A stretch of 64,000 nucleotides of DNA from Phoronis australis (lineage: Eukaryota > Animalia > Phoronida). Below are positions 13,003 through 25,000 of this stretch, piece by piece. How positions within the stretch are numbered: position 1 is the first letter of the stretch; each line of letters opens with the position of its first letter. The position numbers and the translations under genes were made by a program. Location of the stretch: NCBI GenBank assembly GCA_002633005.1, contig NMRA01000212.1:237312-301311 (forward strand). The letters run 5' to 3'. The notes below the pieces were generated by a model. It had not been told where the DNA came from. It searched no databases and saw only the letters and a list, made by a program, of their open reading frames with translations.

Positions 13003-16000
13003 AATGCGGTTGACAGTTCGTCGTCGTCCAGTTCTTGTGGTCCACAAGACACATCTTACATCCAAATTCGCGTGTTAGGTCGTGGTGCCTTTGGAGAGGC
13101 TGTCTTGTACAGAAAAACTGAGGTAAGTCAGAAAAGACTCCGTATAAAATGTTCTTTATAATGAATGCTTCACGATGCTTAACTTTCCGTTCTGCTGACC
13201 GCCGAACGATGTGATAGTGAGACCGTTGTCCAGCTCACACTTGCGTTCGAATCAAGTTGGAGTCTTCAGACTCAGAGGTACCAGCACCTGTGAACTGAAG
13301 CACCCGTACAATTGCTTCGCAAGTGCAAATCTGTATTAGGCTACTGCTTTCACAGCAACGCGAGGAACAAGCGTTCACGTAGTGTGCAACGTATGTTGTT
13401 CACCGTCGTTAGCAGTGAGTGGCAAGTGATAGTGGTCCCAGGAAGATGGTATCTCATTTTTGCAAAATTCTGGACGACAGCAACTCTGGTACTGTACTGT
13501 ACTTCACTAAACTCTGTAGCCTTGTTGCAAAGCTGTATTTTGACGATACTGTGTCTTCATACAGCTAGCTGGCTGACTATGAACAGTTGGCATACTGTAA
13601 AGCCATAGCACGGGGGGCACGGCGAGTAAGTCTAGTAGACCAGTTCCTCTTCAAAATAGCTGCCAAAAACCAGTTTCATTGAATAACTGTATTGGCGGTT
13701 ATTCAGTTAAAATGGTTCCCTGCAACTATTTGGGAGAGGGACACATTTATTCTACTTGTACTAGAACAACTACAGGGGTCATATGTTCCTCTCAATTCAT
13801 TGTGCTAAAAAGTCTCCCTCCCCATTCAAAACTCACTCCAATCTTAGGTCCTTCCTGTTCATTGCAATGTCCCGGCCCCTACATTAAATTTCAAGTCTCT
13901 AACAATGACGCATTTGACGCAAGGTGTCTCGTTGAATGATTTGCTGTAGCCGAAACAATTTAACTCACCAGCTCCTTTATTGTCTGTCTTGATCACTGAT
14001 ACTGCTAATTAGAAACTGTTGTGTTTCACTACAGGACAATTCTCTGGTTGTGTGGAAAGAAATTGAACTTTCTCGGTTGAGTGAACGAGAGAGAAGGGAT
14101 GCTCAGACGGAGATTGATATACTTGCACTGCTGAACCATGCCAACATTGTCACTTACTATAACCACTTCTTGGACAAAGAAACACTTCTAATTGAAATGG
14201 AATATGCCAATGGTAAGCAGCTACTTTTGTGTTTGTTTTTTTTTTAAATACAAGTTTTTTTTCTGTTATGGCTGCAACACAAAATACGCTGCTGATTACC
14301 TTGTGAAGCAAGGAGCAAGTGCACGTGTTTTGTACCAGAACTCTGCATACCAGTCCCATATAAGTGTTGCAAGGCAATGGTAAAACAGTGGGTTTATAAA
14401 TTGTTGCCGAATGCATGAAGGATGGGCTCCACCTACCGACAAATAAAACTTATTTTTTTAAGTCCCATTGAGCCAAGAGGTTCCATAATTCTTATGCTTA
14501 GATAGGCTGGTTATTATTGGGCATGTCATCCAATTAAGTAATTACTGGGCACTGCAACTTAACTCGGCACCCAATCATCACAAGACATGTGGCACCCAAT
14601 CATCACAAGGCACATGGCCTGTTCAGAGTGCCCTAAGTGTGGCTTGGAAGCTGTGACTCCCCAACATTGAGTGGAAGTGCTTATCATGGTTTTCACAATC
14701 TTCTGCTAATCAGGTGTGTACAGAATAATAAATAAAACATAATGATTTCTAGTAAGGTGGACAATAAAAATACACCCAAAAGCGGCTAATGTCTACCTCA
14801 TGTGCGTTTTATAAACTATTAAATTTATCAGTTAAAATCACAACGCTGCAACTATGTAATTTTTGCATATGTTCTCATCATGAACATGAACTGCGTGTAA
14901 GAGAAACACATTTTTTATTAAGAGGTATTGCATTAGTTTCAGAAAATCCTAAGCTCCTTGGTCTCATAACATCCCTGTCTCTAAGCTTGAAACACTGCCA
15001 TGTCCTAAAAAGACACTTTGGGGTTTATCTCTGTTTGTAATGAGGTTAAATTTTAGCCAAAGGAAAATGAGTGAATTCACATCTGACAGTGACAGGTAAT
15101 ATTCTTAAAATAACGAAGAAAATGTGTGCAAGGTGGGTACATATAAAAATTAGAATGAATTCAGTCAGTTGTTATTTTTAAAATGTAAAATGTAAAAATG
15201 GCTGTGATACAATTTTAGCGCTGAGGGACTATTTAAAGCAATAAAAAGCTGTTATTACTGATTTCAATTGGCTATTATGATCCACTAATGCTGGGTAGGT
15301 GTTTTCTAAACAAGAAATAGTTAACCTGTTATTGAAATTGTTTTTTGTGCATTGTTAGTGAAATGCATTGATCTGAATTTCACAACTTTTGATTTGTTCG
15401 ACCTACCACAACAAATTTGCATTGTAGTCACTCGTACTTAAAACTGTTTTCTGTGTGATCACCTATTGGTTCATTTCTCTTATATCTGCAGGAGGTAGCC
15501 TGTATCATAAAATTGCCCTTCAACCCGAGGATCAGCTGTTTGAGGAGGAACTAATTGTATGGTACTTGTATCAGCTGGTGTCTGCTGTAGCACATATCCA
15601 TGAGCTGGGCATCATCCACAGGTAACTAAAGTAAAACCACGCTAACTTTGGACACGGTTTCATATAAAATGCTCACAATTTATCAAATTTTGTTCTGGTG
15701 ATAGCTGAGGAACAGATGTAATTTGGTGCTACTTATATTTCATTTAGAAAATTGGAAAAAGAATATGTCAGCTATACTGTGTCATAAAATGGTGACATTT
15801 TACTGTTACTGTAGTTTGGTTGTGAACTTATGAGCTGCACCATTTAGTGTTTTTTCCATTTCCATTTTGTTGTTTTTTAGATGAGTTATGAGATACAAAC
15901 AAATTAAACTTAATGTCATTATTTAGTTAAAGTGTAGCAGTATATAATGTAATAGGTACAGAAAATGCTGTAACACATTATGTCATGTTGTTGCATCATT

Positions 16001-19000
16001 TTAACAGAGTCTGAAAGCCACCTTCTTCACTACTTTAAGACTCATTTCCTTAGGGTCACAGTCCTACTTCGCATCATTTAGAAACTGAGTGCATAAAACC
16101 ATACGTATTTGAAATCCTTGATGATCAACAAAAGTGTGTTCTCAAGGGTAATGACTGAGTGTTTCATACCCTTAATCCCAGCTTTGTGCAGAATGTTTGG
16201 ATATTTAATGGCCCTGTCATGTGACTACACTTATATTTTTTGTGACCATCAAAGTTTTGAAAATGAAGTAGCGGATTCTAAAGAAACAATTTGAAAAGAT
16301 ATTGCGTATTACTAAAGACATGAGCCTTGGTAACAATTAAAGGTCTTCTCTTGAAAACCCTTTTAATGCTGATCTTTTCTCTGCAGGGATATTAAAACCC
16401 TCAATATCTTCCTTACTAAAGCTGGATTAATTAAACTTGGTGACTTTGGAATCTCTAAGGTGTTGGACAGCCAAGCGGAGAAGGCACATTCGGTAAATTC
16501 ACATTGACCTTGTCTAAACAGCGCCAATGGCTCACTGCTTCAAGAGATGATAATAATTATTGACGTTTGAAGGTTTGAATCAAGCTGAATCTTGTCATTT
16601 TTTTGCACAAATCTAGAATTGGACTGAACAGTGGACTAGTGATTTCATTTTTACATATTTATATATTATGAAGTATGCGGTATAAAAATAAGTGGAGCAC
16701 AATATATTCTGTTATGAATGATTGTTTGCATCCCCTATTTTATAGCTACAATTTGGACTTACACTTATATCCATCTGTGTTTCTGTCCTTATGCGCAGCC
16801 TTATGACTTCTACATTCCAACAAGTCCATCTTTCTTAACCTGGCTATAAACCTGCCTTCCATCTCAAGTACAAACTTTTGATTAAGACTGCAAACCATAA
16901 CTTGTCCTGTAGTCAAATAGGAGGTGATACTATTAGCTTGGAAGAAAGTGGCAGTTCTGAGACTGCTTGGAGCGTAGAATGACGTTTTGACGCCTAGCCC
17001 TAACCAATAATGAACTGTCGGTTCTTAGACTGTGCTGAGAGCATAGTATGAAATTTTAGAGCCTTGCACCAACCAATAATGAAATGTCGGTTCTTAGACT
17101 GTGCTCGGGGCATAGAATGACATTTTTGAGCTTAGCCGCACGCAAAAAAGGAAGTGTCAGTTCTTCGTAAGGCAATTTAATGGGACTTAGGAATAATTTA
17201 GACCAATTTTATAACAACAAGTAATCATAATCAAAATTTAGTTTTCATGATGGAAGGTGGTTTTTTAGCCACTTAAATATACCAACATCAACACAGTTTC
17301 ATTGTCTTTCATTTTATTTTGGTTTAAATACTATTTCAGTACGTTGGTACCCCATACTACATGTCTCCTGAGTTGATCAGTGGCAAGGAGTAAGTAGTCA
17401 TACGGTCAATTGATTAGTGGAAAGGGCAAGTATGGTACTATGTGTGTTACAGCTTTCAAATTTAATTCCTAGCCTTAATGTATGACCAGGGAGAAAATGA
17501 CCAAATTTAGTTACATATACTGTACTCGTCCGGGTTACCGCTCGTGCTCGGCTTACCGCCCACCCCGCGTTTTTTAGATTCCCTATTTAAGTGCCCTGGG
17601 CGGTAACCCGGACGATTACGGTAGAACATCATATCTCAGAAATGGTCAGTTGGATTCGTATGAGACTCTCTTGTACTATGCTTTCTGCACTGTTCTGCAA
17701 TACGCTGTGGGGAAGGTTTTTTTAAATGTTCCACTTTTGCACGAGGTGCTATCAAAAATAGTACTTTGATAATTTTGATGAAAAAATCGAAAAGCACATG
17801 AAACAAAAAAGATACGATGATTTGCATGGTTTTTGAGATTTTGTCTTGAGCATTTTTACCAAAATTGATACTGTTGTTCTGCTATGACAGTACCCTTTTT
17901 GCTACATGGTCACATGACCTAAGTGATTACTGTTTGGTACATAGTCAAAAGTCAAATACTCAGGGTATTTACTTTCAGAGAGTATATGATTTTACTGACA
18001 GTTTTATATAGACTTGTTAATAAGGTAATGATACACTTTCAATGGAGATTTCTTCCTCCTAATTATATAAATCATGAAGACTTGTCGACTCTGTTGGGAT
18101 TACTTGCTAGACTGAAGTGCACAGAACACCCGTTACAGATTGTTTTGTATCCAAAAATGTAAACTTTTTAAGATTTTAAGACATTAACTGGAATCGTATC
18201 CCATTTGTTGTTATTTGCAGTGCAATTAACAACAAAAACACACAGTTTGATTATAAGCAATGATTAAAGGATTGCAACACTGCAGTGTTTGTTATGTTTG
18301 TACATTCACACTAATTGCCTCTGGATCACTGTTTTTTTCAGATATAATGCTAAGACTGATATGTGGGCTGTCGGTTGTGTACTACATGAACTGTGCTCTC
18401 TTACAAGGACTTTCGATGCCTCGGTAATTATTTATTATTTTTTTGTTTTTGACTTTATGGAGAGTTCTCGCTTAAAGGTCTTTGAAGAGCCACTGTAGTC
18501 ACGGAGAGGTACTAGCTGAGCTGTCTGCCTCAAGTGAACATTCAATTGCTGAGCTGACAGGTCATGTCAAGGTCAAAGTAACTGAATGAACTAGAGGGTA
18601 CCAACAAGTTAGTTAGACAGTTCTGTTGACTAAAATCTCGTGCTTAAACAGATACATTAATTTTGTTTAATTTTTATTCATATGTGTTTCTGTTCCTGGC
18701 ATAATAAACACTAAAACGATCATATGAGATTAAACTATGTACTGGTTTCATTGGATTTTGTGTAGTGCTACCCACTAAAACGATCATATGAGATAAACTA
18801 TGTACTGGTTTCATTGGATTTTGTGTAGTGCTACCCATTTGACCCAATTAAATACTATACAATTGTAATGTAATGACACTAAAACTCAAACTTGCTTCAG
18901 TATCACTTAGTAAGGGAAACTACAGCTTTGAATTCTTGAATGAATGACTTTCATATCTGGCATATCTTATTTATCTTATGTTTTGAGATTGTTTTTACTT

Positions 19001-22000
19001 GCCTTCTTTATCCTGATATTGTTCAGTGAGTTAAAAGTACGGATAATTTGGCTTTTTTCCAGAATCCTTTACGACTCGCCGCAGAGATTGTACGAGGAGA
19101 GTTCGCTGCACTCCACCAAGGTTATTCACAGGATTTGAAAGACGTTGTCAGTGTTTTACTCAACAAAGACCCGGCAGCAAGGTTAACAGCTGTGCAAGTA
19201 CTGGATTCTAGTCTTCTAGCACCAAAAATGAGGTATAGAACCTATGGCTCTAATAACTTTAAATTTTATCACATGGTCAAATTTGTTTTCTTAGTTACGC
19301 AGTTTTTGGTTGACCATTCCTTTCTCTCTTTCTGATGCTCTCCTTACTTATCTACACTCGACACACCTTTAAGCACATCTAGTCCACTGTACAATCTCCA
19401 ACTGTAACGTCATTTTTGTCCCTTTGGTTTTTCATTTACCTCTGTTGGAAGATGTCGTATTATACATTCTTACGAGATGTGCAAGTATTAAACATATGAG
19501 TAGAAACTGTATGATGAAGTACGTATATCATTATTTTGACTTTCATCTTATACAAAATTCCCTAAACCTAGCTCCTTTCCACCTATAGTTAGCTTAGTGG
19601 TATCTAGCATCACATCACATTTCCTCCTTAATCTAGTGATGGGTTAAAGCTACATAGCATTATTTTTCCATCTAAAACTGACTTGAGTTTGTTATTTTCC
19701 AGTGAAATGGAGAAGCAAGTGTGGGAGTTGAATTCGTCGACAAGACGTGCCCGTGCCTTGGCTTCACAATCTTCTCTTGTAGAGTCGTCACCTGTTGTTA
19801 CCTCAAAGTCGTGTGAGGTAAGTTGAGCCAGGGTGAAGATGTATACAAACTAAATTTAAGAGTAAACAATTGTTGAATAAACAATATACCTTGGCAGTGA
19901 ACCAGAATTGTGTGAATGATTAAATTTTCTAGTTGATTTTTTTGTTTTACATCATGTTTATGATTTCAGACTTATTTTTGGGGAGGAGGAAAATCTCTGC
20001 CGAACAAACTGGACATATTTAAAGGTGGAAAATGTGCTTTAAAGGTAAGTCTACTAGTTGCCATTGACATTCCACAAGCGGACTTCCTCACTTGTACCAT
20101 CATTACTGACATGCTATGAACAGTCCCACTAAATAAGATTGGTCCCAACCCCACTCGTCAAGGTAAACGGTGGGGTATGGAAAATTGAACTAGACCGTAT
20201 TTATCCACCTTGGCTGAGTCGTGCTCAGCTCACGATCAAAGGGATGCCACCAAGCTGCTCTATTCATCGAGTCACGAGCGAGGATAATTGGCTTCGCTCA
20301 TGAGGATATGATCAGCTGATTACAATCTAACTAGCAGACTGTACTTTTTATGGAGAGAGTTACAAGTAGTTTTTACTGTAATATTTGAAAAGAGGAGCGC
20401 AAACAAATATGAGTACAACTTTGAATTTTTCAAATCGGCCCAGGATAAGAGATTTTGCAGCATAGGAACACTCACGATTACTTTCAATCGGCGCGCACGA
20501 ATACAAAAATATAGGACCCAAGTTGTTTAGATTTTGGAACACATGCATTGCAATATTCAAAATACGTTTATTATGAATCTTACAAGCTGTAAAACGACGT
20601 TGTTTAATTTGATTGTGCTCATTCATTGTCTTCCGTCAAATCGGCAATTTCCGAGATGTGATCTGCGGCGTGCGCGTATGTGTACAAAACACGTGATGGT
20701 TATGTTCCTGAAGTACGAAAATTAAGAAACTTTAGCATGCCGTTATTATTGACAGGGACACGATAAAACGAATTTGGGTTTGACTATAGTCTTGATACAG
20801 CGAGCTGCCACTGCGTCAGTGTCTCCGTTAGACCCAGAAATTTCACACAGCCTGGGTAGTTCACTTCGTCCCCAACATGTAGATCGAGCCTTGGACTATT
20901 AATACTCCACAGTAGAGCTAACGACCGTCGGCCTGTGCACACAAAATCTGTGAGTTAACCAGCACTCACCTTGCACGTTGCAGCCGTTTAAATGAAAAAA
21001 CAATCTAGTAAACGTCATTTTCCTGCATAATCCTCCGCCTTTTGTAACAAAAAAGTCTATCGTCGATGACCCACACACGCACGCTCCGGCACTCACTCTG
21101 ATACGCAGACAAACTTAAAAACAAACGTCACGTGACAACAACATGTGTGTTCATCCAGAGATTTTTCTCGTGTTGTGGGGTACGATGTAGCGCAGATTTG
21201 CACTTAATCGCAATTAATCTGAACTCCACATGAACTTTAAAAATTGTAGAACATAAGGAAGATTTCAGGTAATTTGTTGAATCGAAACTACACTTTTATT
21301 CAAGAGTTCAAGTTTTCCTATTGACGATGGAGATTCAGCGACGCATCAGTCGGCAAGTTTTCGCCCTGTGATGAGCACAATTTTTTGAAAAATTATCGTA
21401 ATTTAATAACGGAAGTTCATAGCAATGCCCCACAATTCTGTAGAAAGACTGTCATAGGCTAAAAATACGTCACAGAGCGTAAATTTGATGAATCCTAGCT
21501 TCCGATTTTACCCGTTTGGGAAACCGGCTTTCAACTGCCATAGGCTACAATAAGAATCCCCTCCCCGTGAAATGAATTTTTCTAAGCGTTTGTTAGAGCC
21601 AATACAGTATACAGCTTTCCACCAAGGCTAGGTGATGCTATGACATTATTCTTTGTTGCATTAGTAACTGGTCTTGGCTAATTATCATTTTATGGCCTGG
21701 TCATCCATTCAGCCAAAAGTAGTTCTAGAGGTGGCTTATCAGCCAATTATTCACGCATGCTGACTCACAATAGAAGCCTGATAAGAGTGAAGGTGGATGA
21801 ATGGGGTGTTCCTACAGTTTCTTGTGTTAGGATGACTGTGTTCATGACATGGAGGTAGTGGGAGTTGACATCTGTCAATGCAGGAATATGTTACTCAGTG
21901 AACAATTAAGCCTTGCAAACTGCAACTACTGATAGGATCTAGCCCGTCTGAGAGCGATGCTACAAACAATGCAAAAACCTCCATAGCATTGGAAGATGTT

Positions 22001-25000
22001 GCCAGATTGGTTAATAGCGTTACAAATCAGTTGAGAGTGGTCATTTTAACGAAACCAATCCACTCAATATTATTATTTTGAATTATAGACACGTGTTCAG
22101 CGTGACCTCCCTGTTCAATTGTTCAATCTTGTTTTGATAATCTTTTGCAGATGCGGAAGATACGATATTTGTTTTTTTATCTGGCCAGAACAAGTAAGAA
22201 AGTAACACAGAACGTTTATGATGACTTTTTAATTGTCTGATCTAAATTGTTGAAAACAAAGGAATAGGTATCTTCGAGTTTTGCTTTTGAATAATGCAAT
22301 TTTATGTTTCAGGTCTCTGCTGGTCATTCACATTTTGCAGTGGTCACTGTGGAAAAAGAAGTGTTTACATGGGCAGTAAGTTAGTAATTTATTATGATCT
22401 TAATGATACAAGTGAACCTAATTCTGCTACGTGACTCGTGATTTTGGCCGGGGGCATCGACTTGAGCTGGCAGGTCAGTAAAGTGTATATAAGATTTGTT
22501 GGTCATGTGCCTTGCTCAGATGTGAGCTACTAGGTTATTGTTCAAATAATGAGTACACATCTATTTAACATCACATTATGAGTACTGTGTATTTATAAAC
22601 AACAAAGCCAGTGGACACTTACTTTCAATATGGCTCATGTGTTAAACTAGTAAAAACGAGAGAAGTTACTTGCTAGAAGACTATAAGTTAGGTAGGCATC
22701 ACAATCATGTGAACAAGGGCCTGAGCTGCAGGCTCGAAACGTTATGCTTACCTGAATTATAGTCTTCTAGTAAGTAACTTCTCTCATTTTTACTACCATC
22801 ACAGAAGACAATGATGAATTATGAACACTTTTGAAATTAGTCTTAAACTGTTCGCTGAAAGTATTTGTTGAGATAATTTAACCTTTTGTCGAAGCCAACT
22901 TTTGATGAACATCTTTTTCTGTAAAATTGTTTTCGTCTTGTTTCTCGTTTATATTAAAAATGATTCTTAGTCTTGGTAAGAAATGACATCTTTATTGCTT
23001 CTGACCATGCCCACTTGGCAGCTGCCAAGCCAACATGACTGTCAGTGGAATTCGTGTGAATTTACTGAAACTGAAACCATTTTCAGGTAGTTGGTATTTT
23101 GCGAACCTGCTTTCTCAACTGAATAACAGGCGTTAAACTGGTTCTCAAAATGTGGAAGCCCTCTATGTAATTATTGCTCAATTTCAATTGAAATAAAGCA
23201 GACCGTATTGCCACACTATTAGGCCCATGGGCCTTTATCTGACTATAATTTTGCGTCTCAAGTGGTTTGCATACTGGCGCATGTGCCTAGTTATAAGTTT
23301 TCTATAAACACCGTTCCGCACAGACGCCCTTGGGCCTAATGTAGCGATAATACAGTAAGATTACTATTGCATTGCTTTGGAGGAGTGAATACGGTTGTGA
23401 AGGAAATTGATGTTTTTAGCTCCAAAAATTTTATGATTATTTTGCAGAGTTCACAAGGGAACACCGAGATGTGTGGTCAACTGGGTCACAGTGACACTGC
23501 GCTGTATAAATCTCCCAAGAAGGTCTCTGCTTTAGAAGGCATCAGTATTAGAGAAGCCTCATGTGGCGAGGACTTCACTGCTTGCGTTACTGGTATGTGA
23601 CAGGGTTATGACTGCCAAGTTATAACTTTGTGTATAGCTTTGATACCAAGCACCTCTTTTGAAACAGTCAGTTCTCTTCAGTTACAAATATGCGTGGTGA
23701 GGGAGATGGGTAAAAACTGGAGAAGCAAACAAGAGCTGAGTTGGTCTGACAGAGTGGTAAAGCTCATGAAAAGTTTTTGTCCTTAAAATTATGTTCAGAA
23801 TGTTGAGAATGGTGAAACTGTTGAGCTTTAGTGTTCTGGCACTTTTCATAAGGCTGACATATAATAAGCTGTCAAACAAACCTTATCAATTGTATAACTT
23901 TCCCTAACTCTGTTGTCAGAAGTAATGCTCGTGTTAAGCTGTTGTCATGAATAGATCAAGGAAGCACTTTGATTAACATGAAGATGTTGATCATTGATTT
24001 CATAGACTCGCCGATTCGAAACACATTGATATGACAAGTGAAATTATATTTTTTAATTAACAGTAAGTTCTGCGTAGCTGTAACTATTATAGCCACCCAA
24101 CTTGTTGAGAATTTACCAAATTTGTAGACCACCTCTATCATGATGCTTTATATTCCAGTTACAGTGACTGTCATGTCTGTGACAGGTGTTGACATTACGG
24201 ATATTTTGTAGATGAAGGTAAAGTTTATACCTTTGGTTCCGATTATTTTGGATGTCTTGGCTGTGACGGGGAACTGGGAGATGAAGTAACCGTGCCAACA
24301 ATAGTGGACTTTTTTACTTCAAGACCTGTGCAACATCTGTCTTGTGGATTCAACCATGTCCTCGCTTTGACAAACAACGGTGAAGTGTACTCGTGGGGTT
24401 CTGGAGAATTTGGTTAGTAAACGCAAGTCACTCACTTCTGCATGCAGTGAAAACTTTGCTAACACACAACATACATGTACCTCAAATGTGTTTATCTTAC
24501 ACAGACGGTATGAGAGGAGTAACATTTTTCCCTGTTGTGCCCTGTTTCCAAATCAGTGGTAAACAAAACTCAAGCCACAAGATAACTGGTATAAGGCGAA
24601 TTTAAAATACATCATCATATAAACACAAAATGGAGCAAAACTGAGTAGAAAGAAGTCAGCAGGTGCAAAGAAAATTTAGAAAAATCTTTAATATGTGGCT
24701 TAGTTTTATTGAACATGATACGTTTTCGTGATGATGAGTTATTAGTTTATGTTCGCTATGCAATATTTCAGTGCAGTCATTTGGTTTTACGATTGGTATT
24801 CATTGCTAATAACCCATCCAAGATAAACACCAACATTTTTTAAATACGTTAACTATCAGACCCAAAATGCATTAAACAGGGCAACAGTGTCAATCATTAA
24901 CCATAGAGTTTCATTTTAGGTCGCCTAGGATTAGGAAGTGAAGATGACTATTCACTGCCACAGCTAGTCCAGTTACCTAGAACACATGCTGTTATTCGCC

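Noticed and set aside
16945-17167. CRISPR-like array (also considered 27397-27482 and 50841-51030)
   Set aside because: Whole units are homologous with no unique spacers, no cas genes, and the context is eukaryotic introns.
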